Program-made: the position numbers and the translations under genes | NCBI GenBank assembly: GCA_964403585.1 | Contig: CAYOFQ010000001.1 | Span: forward strand, 648,630-712,629 | DNA: 64,000 nucleotides | Reading direction: 5' to 3' | From: an uncultured Gammaproteobacteria bacterium | GTDB lineage: Bacteria; Patescibacteriota; Microgenomatia; JALYQM01 | The notes under the pieces: generated by a model | What the model was told of the DNA's origin: nothing | The model's database searches: none | What the model saw: only the letters and a program-made list of their open reading frames with translations | Shown here: positions 10,925 to 20,284 of the stretch, in pieces | How the letters are laid out: each line of letters begins with the position of its first letter | Numbering within the stretch: the stretch's first letter is position 1

Positions 10925-11578
10925 ATGATTACTGCCCACTCTCAATTTGAACAAACCTACTGGACCCAGGGGAAGAAATATATCGCCGGCGTCGACGAAG
11001 TTGGCCGCGGGTGCTGGGCTGGTCCGGCAATAGTAGGCGCAGTTATCTTTCCGGCCGATGTTCCGCTGAATTTTGAACTAGCCGATTCCAAACTTCTGAC
11101 TAAAAAAAAGCGGGAAGAATTAGTTGCCCAAATCCAGAATGCGGCGGTATCGTATGCCATATCCGAAGTACCGCTCGAATATATTAACTCGGTTGGCGTG
11201 GGAAAAGCTATCCAACACGGATTTAAAACCACGGTTCAATCTCTGTCCACGGTACCTGATTTTATTTTGATCGATGCGTTTAAAATAAAAGAATATCCGG
11301 CCGAGAAGCAACTCAATATTATTAAAGGCGATCAACAATCAATCTCGATTGCCGCCGCGTCTATCATTGCCAAAGTTTTTCGGGATAACCTGATGTCCCA
11401 ATTGCATAAACTTGAGCCGCGTTTTGGATTTAACCAGAATAAAGGCTACGGTACCAAATCACACCGTACTGCAATTGCGCAGTTCGGACTATCTATGTAT
11501 CACCGGACAAGTTACAATTTAGAAAAATGGCTACCCAAGAAACCCGTCAACACCACAACCGGCACCTCGGACAAATAG
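10925..11578 (+). CDS. rnhB: Ribonuclease HII
   Basis: RNase HII N-terminal motif AGVDEVGRGCWAGPAIVGAVIF together with the conserved D/E catalytic context. Confidence 0.9.
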   Translation: MITAHSQFEQTYWTQGKKYIAGVDEVGRGCWAGPAIVGAVIFPADVPLNFELADSKLLTKKKREELVAQIQNAAVSYAISEVPLEYINSVGVGKAIQHGFKTTVQSLSTVPDFILIDAFKIKEYPAEKQLNIIKGDQQSISIAAASIIAKVFRDNLMSQLHKLEPRFGFNQNKGYGTKSHRTAIAQFGLSMYHRTSYNLEKWLPKKPVNTTTGTSDK

Positions 11579-11883
11579 GCGAAGAAATTGCCGCAAAATT
11601 TCTCATTCAAAACGGCTACTCGATCGTTGACCGGAATTGGCGAACTCGTTATGGCGAGATTGATATTATTGCGCAAAAAGATCGCACCATCTGCTTTATC
11701 GAAGTAAAAACGAGAAGCAATATTGGCTACGGTTATCCTGTCGAGGCAATTACACCAAGGAAACTCCATAAAATGAACGTTACTGCGCAGCTCTATTGTC
11801 TTAAACACAGGATCAATCTTCCCTGCAAACTGATTGTCATTGAAGTGATTAAGAACAGCTGTCACTTGATCGAAATTGAGTAA
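11527..11883 (+). CDS. yraN: YraN family (UPF0102) putative endonuclease
   Basis: GEEIAAKFLIQNGYSIVDRNWRTRYGEIDIIAQK...FIEVKTRS matches UPF0102. Overlaps the rnhB 3' end by about 50 nt, so the start is uncertain. Confidence 0.8.
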   Translation: MATQETRQHHNRHLGQIGEEIAAKFLIQNGYSIVDRNWRTRYGEIDIIAQKDRTICFIEVKTRSNIGYGYPVEAITPRKLHKMNVTAQLYCLKHRINLPCKLIVIEVIKNSCHLIEIE

Positions 11884-11901
11884 CCTCTCATAATATACCC
11901 C

Positions 11902-13134
11902 ATGAGCGAACCAAGCCTCGGCGCCCCCCGGGTAGAATCACCATTCATTGATTCAAAAGATCTCGATAAAGGCTTACCTGAAATTCCGTATTTATTTGAT
12001 AGCGTCGGTGCCATAATCACCGACCGCAATTCAATTTCGGAAATTGTCGCAACACCGGACGAGCAGGTACCTCCGGCGGTTAAAGAATTCGTCCTGGCAC
12101 ATAGCACTCACTATCCCGACAATACATCCCTTATTTCACTCCGAAATAGTGAATATTTTGCGTTAACAACGCAAATGGATACGCATGATCGTAAAATCGA
12201 TGTAAAAACAGTGTTCGAAGAATTAAATACCATTACTGACCTGTGTACTCAAATGCAGGAGATCGTTACTGTGGATCAGGAAACCACTGCCGAGCAGAAG
12301 CTGGCGCTGTTGTGCTTACTGGATTACGGAAAGGGGATTTCGCTTAAGATTCTGGACAATGAATTTACTGCCGCACGGACGAAGGTCGGCCCCGATTATC
12401 AACCGGCTCTAGAGCTGGCCCAAAATTATGTTGACGCGTACTATACGTTCTTACTTCAAGGGAGCACTGTCGAAATTTTACACCTAAAAAGTAATCTTGC
12501 GGCCGTAGATGCGGCACAACTGCACAATCCTAACGATAAAAACCGTACCGGGTATGCCGATTGGGTTCGGGAAATGGATAATCCTTTGCTAATAGTTTTT
12601 CAAATAAACCGGATCTGCAATGAGCTGCAAAACGGCGTACCGTGCGACGTGATACTAACCCCGTTTCAGGGGGCTTCGGAGATCGGGTTAGCCCTTAAAT
12701 CAAGAATAAAGATGCTGGGAAACTTACCCGTTCCGGAAGTTATCCCGATTAAATATGGCGGAAAGCAGGCGCGAGCAGGCACCGCCCCCGATAAACTCTT
12801 TGCTCACGGCTTCAATCCTGACCGGCAGATACGTGGTAAACACGTGTGGATTGTGGACGATAATATTGTGACCGGCAATACGCAAGTCAGACTAAGTCAA
12901 CATATCGAGTCGCAATACGCTCCTGCTGAGATGAGAGCTTCGGTGGTGCAAGTGTCTGACGGGGAGATTAAGGAGGATTTGGAACCGCAGCTCAAGAAAC
13001 TTCTCGCCACACGCGCTGTCTCGGCAACGTTTGCCGCGTACGCTGTGCCTGAAGATGATATCGAACTCTATCGGTTTAGCCTGCCGCTTGAGCCACACCA
13101 GTTCGCTCTACAAGAGCGTGAACTCGGCAGATGA
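11902..13134 (+). CDS. Hypothetical protein with C-terminal type I phosphoribosyltransferase (PRTase) domain
   Basis: The C-terminal 170 aa or so show the PRTase fold signature (DVILTPFQGASEIGLALKSR...GKHVWIVDDNIVTGNTQV, PRPP-binding loop). The N-terminal 230 aa or so have no recognisable motif. TAATAT lies 5 nt upstream of the ATG. Confidence 0.65.
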   Translation: MSEPSLGAPRVESPFIDSKDLDKGLPEIPYLFDSVGAIITDRNSISEIVATPDEQVPPAVKEFVLAHSTHYPDNTSLISLRNSEYFALTTQMDTHDRKIDVKTVFEELNTITDLCTQMQEIVTVDQETTAEQKLALLCLLDYGKGISLKILDNEFTAARTKVGPDYQPALELAQNYVDAYYTFLLQGSTVEILHLKSNLAAVDAAQLHNPNDKNRTGYADWVREMDNPLLIVFQINRICNELQNGVPCDVILTPFQGASEIGLALKSRIKMLGNLPVPEVIPIKYGGKQARAGTAPDKLFAHGFNPDRQIRGKHVWIVDDNIVTGNTQVRLSQHIESQYAPAEMRASVVQVSDGEIKEDLEPQLKKLLATRAVSATFAAYAVPEDDIELYRFSLPLEPHQFALQERELGR

Positions 13135-13217
13135 GAGAATATTCACTTCTGATATAGTAGGACAGTATTGCATACTATAGGACAAAGTAGTATGATACCC
13201 GCTATTGTTCTTACACT

Positions 13218-13844
13218 ATGGTCGAACATGAATACTACCAGTCTTATCGGCATACCGAGTCGCTTGGAGGGAATGCAGCCCTGCGGGAGTATTGCCGGCA
13301 CGAAAATGTCAGTCCGTATGAAGTCAGTAACGGAAACACACGCTCGCTTCGCGAGATAGTGAGCGACGCAGGGTTACGCGTGGCAGTTCACGCCGAACTG
13401 CTTCCGGCTCGGGCCTGGTATGCAACCAGAGACTTTTTTCGGGCCCATGTAGACAAAGACGGCCGTATCATGGCAAAATTCCCCTGGACTAATAAAGAAA
13501 TAACAACCGAAGCAGGGCAACTCACGCACTTCTTGGCCGAAGAAACCGCCCCCATACCCGAATCAGTAATTAATAATATGCTTACTATTGCGAAGAGAAG
13601 CAGTGATTTGCAATCTCAAATCTTAGTCGGACAAATAGAACAAAACCAGCAATTATTCAAAGCAAATATTGAAGGATTCATACAAAAGTATCCGAATTTG
13701 GCGCTCCTTAATATGGGGATTACGTCTTTGCTCGTAATTTCCGGGATGCATCCCGAGTATTTACCCGCACTGGCTCCACTTGGGCTAGGTATTGCCCAAG
13801 CTACGGTAGTCGAACGCAGCCGCATATGTTGCACAGCGCTTTAG
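13218..13844 (+). CDS. Hypothetical protein
   Basis: 208-aa ORF between the PRTase-fusion gene and the ABC-like gene. No motif recognised. Coding assignment rests on ORF length and position only. Confidence 0.45.
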   Translation: MVEHEYYQSYRHTESLGGNAALREYCRHENVSPYEVSNGNTRSLREIVSDAGLRVAVHAELLPARAWYATRDFFRAHVDKDGRIMAKFPWTNKEITTEAGQLTHFLAEETAPIPESVINNMLTIAKRSSDLQSQILVGQIEQNQQLFKANIEGFIQKYPNLALLNMGITSLLVISGMHPEYLPALAPLGLGIAQATVVERSRICCTAL

Positions 13845-13944
13845 TGATCTGTACTCATATAACAGCGACGGGCAGAATGTCCATGAAGATGTAGTCAAAG
13901 CCGGTGAGCAGTTATTTCAGATATACAACGGATTATTGACTGAA

Positions 13945-16230
13945 ATGGAAGACGCCGGATTAACACCAGGCGCGTTACTTGGGTCGGCTGGTACTGCCGC
14001 TTTAGGGGACCGCGGTTTATCTGCCGTACTCATTATTGGTGGCTGGCTAGTCTCAAAAAGAATGGTCAAAAAGTCCCAAAGCGGTAGTAAAGAATTCACC
14101 GAGTGGTTTGTTAATGCCCGCAACGGGGTGATTACTAAGATGGAAGCCGCTATCGCCGATCCGGCAGTGTCACAACAAAAACTGGATGAAATCTATGAAG
14201 ACTCCCGGTCAATGGCAGCGTATATTCGTGGGCATAACGCCATGTCCTCAACCTTTGAACAAGCGTTTCCCTGGATGGTTCAGTCTGCCGCTGCGGCGTT
14301 GTCTTTTATTACCGGCATCTCACAAAATATTTCCCAGTATATTATTGCCGGACGGGTTGGTGCTGCCGAGCAAAAGAAAATGCTGCGATCAGTGAGTTTT
14401 AACCAATCACTCATGACCATAGAACGATACCATGACCGGTTACGCAAAACCTTTGAATCAATACAAACCTTTCAACAGGCATTGTGCCAGATCGAGCCCG
14501 GAGTGTGTGCCGATACCCTTGATCAGGCACTTACTCATAATGTTGAGCTGGAGGAGGCAAGTGGTAGCATCACGGTCCACCGCTTTGTTGATGCCAAAGG
14601 CGTGATGCACGAAATCGGCGATATTCCGTTTATCAAAGGCGAAGTTCACCACATTGTCGGTGAATCGGGTTCCGGAAAATCGGCGTTACTGAACTATCTG
14701 CGAATATTCTACGGCTCACATGATATCCCATTCTCCTTTGCGGCAATTGAATCTTCCGTCAAAGATCAGAGCCTTGGTTTCAGGTTAGCCAAACAACTTT
14801 GTCAGGGAAAAAATAAGCGCATGGCTCGGTACATTGAGGAACAGTTGAACGCAACAGGATTGGTGAGTACCGAAGTTCCCATCAGTCAAATCTGGGAAGA
14901 CTGGAAAGCGTATCATGCGCCGAACAGTAAACGCACCGAATCAAGAACAAACAAATTCATCGACGGAGTTGTCCTGGAGTACACTTTATTCCGCATGAAT
15001 ATTCAGAGTGACCATATTCTTGAAGAAAGTGGATCAACGGGAGAAAACCTGCGTGCACAATTAATGCTCCTGGATTTGGATGCCGATGTCATCGTTCTTG
15101 ATGAAATAATATCCAATGTCGACCCGTACAACCTGCAAAAAATGATCGAATATCTTGTCGGCGAATTAGGTGAAGATATCCACCATAAAACAGTGATCAG
15201 CGTAACGCATAAACCGGAGGTTCTCAGACTCTTTCATCAGTTAATGCCCGAGGGCACAAACCAAAATATAACCGTAATTTATCCGGATGTCAGTTTTACC
15301 GAACCGTTAAGCAACCGATTTGTTGAAGTAAACCTTGATAATGACCCGAACCAGATCGAGGCACATATTGTTGACCAAACCATCAACCGGTTTAAAGCAA
15401 TTTTTTCCAAACCGATCGCGCCAAAAGACGTACACTCGGAACTATACGATTTTTGGGAAGAATTTTCGTTGCCGTTTGAATTACCTTTGGAAGGGAAATT
15501 AAAAGTAATTGCTGCGCTAACCCAATATCGTGACTATTGGGCAGGTGTACCGTTAACGGAAATTGAACGCTACTACCTTGGCGGGCTCATTGATGTAATG
15601 ATTTACCGATTATGCCCCGATTATAACTGGCAGGAACGTCAGACCGACCCATTTTGGCGACAGGCCACCTATTTAAAGTATCAAATGTTCGCCTCGATTC
15701 CCCAAGTATATCTTGAATTTAACAAAGGAAGTTTTGAATATCATTACCTGGACGATAACGAAAGAACAACTGTGCCGAAGGACCCGATTCCACCGTTTCT
15801 GGATGCGCCCCATTCGGTTGCGGTCGAACCGGGTGCGGCTGAAACCTTGGCCGTGATCAAAACGTTAACTGCAATGGTCAGACGGATTGATTACATATTG
15901 CCTGAGGATATGTTTAAACATATCCAGGATTTTGTGTATGAAATTGACCAGCACCCGTTTATTGCTCCGTTTGGCGTACAACTCCTTTCTATTGTGCACG
16001 AATTTCAAGACATCCTGTTCGAAAACCGACTACGCCATAACGACTGTGTTGAGTATGCGGTCATTATGTTAAAACTGGCCGAGTGGGCCGGAGCTGATCG
16101 GGCGATTGTGAACCAGATCAATGCCAGTCGGGATAGTGTGCTATCGCACTTTGGTGAACTTGATAAAATAAATTTTGAGCACATCGACGTTGAATGGTAT
16201 CTCAGGAACAGTAGACAGCTTGTTGCCTAG
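13945..16230 (+). CDS. ABC-type ATPase (NBD) domain protein with large N- and C-terminal extensions (hypothetical)
   Basis: Central ABC nucleotide-binding domain: Walker A GESGSGKS, degenerate signature ESGSTGENLRAQLMLL, Walker B ADVIVLDEIISNVD, H-loop VISVTHK. This is preceded by about 230 aa with one or two hydrophobic helices and followed by about 320 aa with no recognisable domain. The track start at 13936 is TTG; the ATG is at 13945. Confidence 0.7.
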   Translation: MEDAGLTPGALLGSAGTAALGDRGLSAVLIIGGWLVSKRMVKKSQSGSKEFTEWFVNARNGVITKMEAAIADPAVSQQKLDEIYEDSRSMAAYIRGHNAMSSTFEQAFPWMVQSAAAALSFITGISQNISQYIIAGRVGAAEQKKMLRSVSFNQSLMTIERYHDRLRKTFESIQTFQQALCQIEPGVCADTLDQALTHNVELEEASGSITVHRFVDAKGVMHEIGDIPFIKGEVHHIVGESGSGKSALLNYLRIFYGSHDIPFSFAAIESSVKDQSLGFRLAKQLCQGKNKRMARYIEEQLNATGLVSTEVPISQIWEDWKAYHAPNSKRTESRTNKFIDGVVLEYTLFRMNIQSDHILEESGSTGENLRAQLMLLDLDADVIVLDEIISNVDPYNLQKMIEYLVGELGEDIHHKTVISVTHKPEVLRLFHQLMPEGTNQNITVIYPDVSFTEPLSNRFVEVNLDNDPNQIEAHIVDQTINRFKAIFSKPIAPKDVHSELYDFWEEFSLPFELPLEGKLKVIAALTQYRDYWAGVPLTEIERYYLGGLIDVMIYRLCPDYNWQERQTDPFWRQATYLKYQMFASIPQVYLEFNKGSFEYHYLDDNERTTVPKDPIPPFLDAPHSVAVEPGAAETLAVIKTLTAMVRRIDYILPEDMFKHIQDFVYEIDQHPFIAPFGVQLLSIVHEFQDILFENRLRHNDCVEYAVIMLKLAEWAGADRAIVNQINASRDSVLSHFGELDKINFEHIDVEWYLRNSRQLVA

Positions 16231-16289
16231 CTATTCCCAATTACCTCAAATAAGGGTATAATCATCTGTACGGATAAAAAGATCTCTAT

Positions 16290-18134
16290 ATGGACCAGAA
16301 AAACATCAGAAATATCGCTATTATCGCTCACGTTGACCATGGAAAAACGACCTTGGTTGATGGTTTATTGAAGCAGTCGCACGTTTTTCGTGAGAACCAG
16401 GAAGAAATGCAGCAGACGACTATTTTAGACTCAAACACACTTGAGCGAGAGCGTGGTATTACTATTTTGGCCAAGAACACGGCTATTCACTGGGCGGACC
16501 ACAAAATCAATATTTTGGATACTCCAGGTCACGCTGATTTTTCCGGTGAGGTTGAACGTGTACTAAACATGGCCGACGGCTGTCTTTTAATTGTCGATGC
16601 TGCCGAAGGCGTCATGTCACAAACGCGTTATGTACTAAAACTGGCTTTTAACGCTCATTTAACCCCGATTGTTGTTATTAATAAGATTGATAAAAAAGAT
16701 GCCCGCCCGCAGGAAGTCCTGGAAGAAGTGAATGATCTCTTTTTGGAACTTGCGCAGGATGATAACCAACTCGATTTCTCAGTAGTATATGCTATTGGAC
16801 GCGAGGGAATAGCGTCAGAACATATCGAGCAAAATCCTGATGGCACCTGGAAAATTACCAAGGCAACCGACCTTTCGTATTTATTTGAAGTAATTATCAA
16901 CAAAATCCCCGCTCCGACCGGTGATGCATCCGGCACATTTCAGATGCAGGTAACGTCGCTCGATCGTGATGATTACAAGGGCAAGTATGTTATTGGTCGA
17001 ATTATGCGCGGTAAAGTAAAGAAAAATGACCAGCTCGCAATTTTACGCCCGGACGGTACAAGTCTTACGAAGCGAGTTGAATACCTGTTTACCTACGATG
17101 GATTACACAAAGTTGAGATAGATGAAGCATCTACCGGCGATATAGTGGCCTTAACAGGGTTCACGGAAGCGAACATTGGTGATACTCTTTCCGACCTGAA
17201 CGTCAAAGAACAGTTGCCCCCGCTGCCGATCGAAGAACCGACACTCAAGATGACATTTTCAGTGAATACGTCACCATTCGCCGGCAAAGAAGGGAAATAC
17301 TCCACATCCCGTCAGCTGCGTGAACGGCTCTATAAAGAACTGGAAGCCAATGTTGGTTTGCGAGTCGAAGACGCGCAGTCAACCGATTCCTTCATTGTCT
17401 CAGGGCGCGGAGAGCTACACTTATCAGTGCTTATCGAAACGATGCGCCGTGAAGGATATGAATTTTCCGTATCCCGTCCGGAAGTTATCTTCAAAGAAGA
17501 AAACGGCCAGACAACCGAGCCATGGGAATTGCTGACGATCGATGTTCCTGATGACTACACCGGTGTAGTTACTACCGAGATGGGCATTCGTAAAGCCGAA
17601 ATGGTGAATATGTTAAGTAATGGCAAGGGCGAGACCCGCTTTGACTATAAGATTGCTACCCGTCATTTGATCGGATTCCGCAACCAGTTTATGACTCAAA
17701 CTTCAGGTAGGGGAATAATGAACTCAATTTTTCTCGGATATGAACCCAAAGGTGACGATGTTCCTTTTAATCGAAATGGTGCACTGATCACATCTGAATC
17801 AGGTGTAACCACCACGTATGGATTGGCCAATGCGCAGGAGCGGGGAATAACTTTTGTTCCACCACAGACAAACATTTATGAAGGCATGGTTATTGGTATG
17901 AATGCCAAAAAGGAAGACATGCCGGTAAATGTATGTAAAGAGAAAAAACTAACCAACATGCGTGCTTCTTCGGCAGATATCGCCGTGAAGTTAACTCCGC
18001 CTGTTATTATGTCCCTTGAACAGTGTCTGGACTTCCTGGGACCGGACGAATTACTTGAAGTTACTCCAAAATCATTACGCTTACGTAAGCGCTTCCTGAC
18101 TGACGTAGAACGTCGCCGTGCTGCACGATCCTAA
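16290..18134 (+). CDS. typA: Translational GTPase TypA/BipA
   Basis: N-terminal G-domain IAIIAHVDHGKTTLVD with the DTPGHADF switch, and an EF-G-like domain order at BipA length (614 aa). TATAAT promoter-like box at 16256-16261. Confidence 0.92.
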   Translation: MDQKNIRNIAIIAHVDHGKTTLVDGLLKQSHVFRENQEEMQQTTILDSNTLERERGITILAKNTAIHWADHKINILDTPGHADFSGEVERVLNMADGCLLIVDAAEGVMSQTRYVLKLAFNAHLTPIVVINKIDKKDARPQEVLEEVNDLFLELAQDDNQLDFSVVYAIGREGIASEHIEQNPDGTWKITKATDLSYLFEVIINKIPAPTGDASGTFQMQVTSLDRDDYKGKYVIGRIMRGKVKKNDQLAILRPDGTSLTKRVEYLFTYDGLHKVEIDEASTGDIVALTGFTEANIGDTLSDLNVKEQLPPLPIEEPTLKMTFSVNTSPFAGKEGKYSTSRQLRERLYKELEANVGLRVEDAQSTDSFIVSGRGELHLSVLIETMRREGYEFSVSRPEVIFKEENGQTTEPWELLTIDVPDDYTGVVTTEMGIRKAEMVNMLSNGKGETRFDYKIATRHLIGFRNQFMTQTSGRGIMNSIFLGYEPKGDDVPFNRNGALITSESGVTTTYGLANAQERGITFVPPQTNIYEGMVIGMNAKKEDMPVNVCKEKKLTNMRASSADIAVKLTPPVIMSLEQCLDFLGPDELLEVTPKSLRLRKRFLTDVERRRAARS

Positions 18135-18164
18135 ACTCACGCCTACCTGCCTATTATTGCACAT

Positions 18165-18193
18165 AAAAAAGGCCGATCAAACGGCCATTTTTT
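18165..18193 (+). terminator. Rho-independent terminator, bidirectional-looking (A-tract, GGCCG stem, T-tract)
   Basis: aaaaaaGGCCGatcaaaCGGCCatttttt lies immediately after typA and before the convergent gene at 18226. Confidence 0.7.
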
Positions 18194-18225
18194 CAGACAT
18201 CCTACGCGAAGAGCTTTTCTGCAGA

Positions 18226-19809
18226 TCATGTTCCCGGAGCACAGCCACCTTTGCCGGCACCGGCAGGTCGCCCGGGGTTCTCAATCTTAATCGGCATTTG
18301 TAACACACCGGTATCGGTGCCACCTTTAAGGTCAACCGAACTGGTAACCATTGCCAGACAATGCCAGCCATTCGTAAATTGCGTTGAATCGAAGGTTACC
18401 GTTCCGGTGTAGGGACCGTTACCCTCATGTAGAATCTTTCCAAAATTATCAGCCGCAAACAACGCGTCCATATTCACGCTGTGATATCCGGTTGCTATTC
18501 CACCGGATCCCGGTTTCATTGCTGTTTTAAAAGTATACGTACCTGAAATTGGTCCGTAAGGAATAGGCGATAAGAACTGTGCGTTTTCATAGTTAGCTCC
18601 GGTAAACCAGCCACGTGCCTCCAGGAACGGCGGTGTGCGGTATTGTTTGCCATGACCGTGGAACCACGCCTGCCAACCGGTAGAGGCATTAAGCCGTTCA
18701 CCATTGGTAAAATCACTGAAGAACCGGATACGGATTTCTTCATACCCCGATAAATTTGAAGTTGGCACATCGATAGGCACCCACCAGGTACACGACGAAT
18801 TCATGTCGTTGCCGTCTTTGGTGCACTGTAACGGCGGATTAAACGTTTTTGCTATCAATTGCGTTCCACTTGGTCCTTTGCCGATATCCAATTTAGACAC
18901 TTTAGAGTTATTGCCTTTGTGCATCATCAAGCGTAAATCCAAATGCAGTTTTGAGTCATTAAAATCCTGGTCTTGAGGAAAACAGGTCGCCGTATGGGTA
19001 TGTCCGCCGATACCTTTAACCGGAAGTTGGGTATTGGTTTTAATTGAGGCTGTGTCCATCCACCAGGCCTGGGTTTCCAGAAAGATACGCTTTTCCGGAT
19101 ATCGGGAACAATCGGTAGTTCCTCCAACCGGTCCACCGGTTGGATCAGGTGATGGAGAAGGGCCGGCGGTTTGAGTCGGCGACGGTGTAGTCGTTGAACC
19201 GGGGTCAGGGACAAAAATAACAATATACATCGAGTATACTCCACCGGATATGTCGGATGCCGGTCCCATATCGAACGTTCCGGCATTAACGCGACGTTTG
19301 TAAATGTCATATAGTCCGATCAACCCCTGCTCATTTTTACGCAGCAGATATTGATTAACATTGGAACTGTCGTCATTTGTTTGCCGTGAGTACTGAGAGG
19401 TGACCCAGTTGGGGGCGGAAGATTGAAATATATGTCTGGTCGCAACAAACATCGTCCCGGGTTGTGTTACGGTAACTGACCAGTGCAAACTAGGATCGTC
19501 CTTTATCTCTGCATTCGGCGTCTGAATATAGGTGCCGCCTTCCATGGCCGGATCAATTTTGAAGAAGCTGTAACGGGAATCGGTACTGTAAATGGTTGAA
19601 TTCAATTGTAAACATTTCTTTGTAAAAGTCGTGCTTCCGTAGCTGGTCATACTGCTGACATCACTCGGGCATGCAGCTGCCTGAGTTGTATCGGCTTTGC
19701 GTAAATTCTTCAAGCTCGAAGAAACAACTACGGCTATCAGAAGCATAAACAGGCAGGTGACGATTATAAAGAATATATTAACGTCGGGGTTTTTTCTTCT
19801 AGGAGCCAT
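18226..19809 (-). CDS. Secreted/TM-anchored hypothetical protein; paralog of 37821-38789, with an extra C-terminal domain
   Basis: N-terminal signal anchor followed by about 200 aa that align clearly with ORF 37821-38789 (WSVTVTQPGTMFVATRHI...NWVTSQYSRQTNDDSSNVNQYLLRKNEQGLIGLYDIYKRR...YSMYIVIFVPDPG), then a T/P-rich linker and a roughly 300-aa C-terminal domain of unknown type. Confidence 0.75.
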   Translation of the reverse strand: MAPRRKNPDVNIFFIIVTCLFMLLIAVVVSSSLKNLRKADTTQAAACPSDVSSMTSYGSTTFTKKCLQLNSTIYSTDSRYSFFKIDPAMEGGTYIQTPNAEIKDDPSLHWSVTVTQPGTMFVATRHIFQSSAPNWVTSQYSRQTNDDSSNVNQYLLRKNEQGLIGLYDIYKRRVNAGTFDMGPASDISGGVYSMYIVIFVPDPGSTTTPSPTQTAGPSPSPDPTGGPVGGTTDCSRYPEKRIFLETQAWWMDTASIKTNTQLPVKGIGGHTHTATCFPQDQDFNDSKLHLDLRLMMHKGNNSKVSKLDIGKGPSGTQLIAKTFNPPLQCTKDGNDMNSSCTWWVPIDVPTSNLSGYEEIRIRFFSDFTNGERLNASTGWQAWFHGHGKQYRTPPFLEARGWFTGANYENAQFLSPIPYGPISGTYTFKTAMKPGSGGIATGYHSVNMDALFAADNFGKILHEGNGPYTGTVTFDSTQFTNGWHCLAMVTSSVDLKGGTDTGVLQMPIKIENPGRPAGAGKGGCAPGT

Positions 19810-19864
19810 AGCTTATTTAGCGTAAAGCAAAAAAGCAGTAATTTCAAGTGGTAGTGACAAAATG

Positions 19865-19938
19865 TAGCCCCGAGGGGAATCGAACCCCTGATCTTCAGGA
19901 TGAGAACCTGACGTCCTAGGCCGCTAGACGACGGGGCC
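19865..19938 (-). tRNA. tRNA-Glu (anticodon CTC)
   Basis: Reverse-complement cloverleaf: acceptor GGCCCCG/CGGGGCT, anticodon stem TCAGG/CCTGA with loop TTCTCAT, T-arm AGGGG-TTCGATT-CCCCT. No encoded CCA. Confidence 0.8.
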
Positions 19939-20284
19939 ATATCAGTGAATAACCGGTTAATTATACAAAAAGCAGCATTATTTATCAAACACCCAATGGT
20001 TTTCTTTACATTTTTCTGCCTAAAGTATATAATAATGGTATAAGTATTAAGCAGCAGGTCTTCGTGAGCCCAGGCGAAGCAATTGTATGCATGAGCAGCC
20101 ATGCCAAACGCTTTGGGACATCAATCATATTCCGGAAAAAAGTGCCTTTGATTCACTACCATTTATAGGGGGTGCAGCACTGTTAGCAATTCCGATTTTT
20201 TCCTTAATTGGATTTATCGACCTCCAGCAGCTCTGGGGCATCGCCGGTATAACCTATTTCAGTTCCGTTGCCGCTTTCGGCAAA

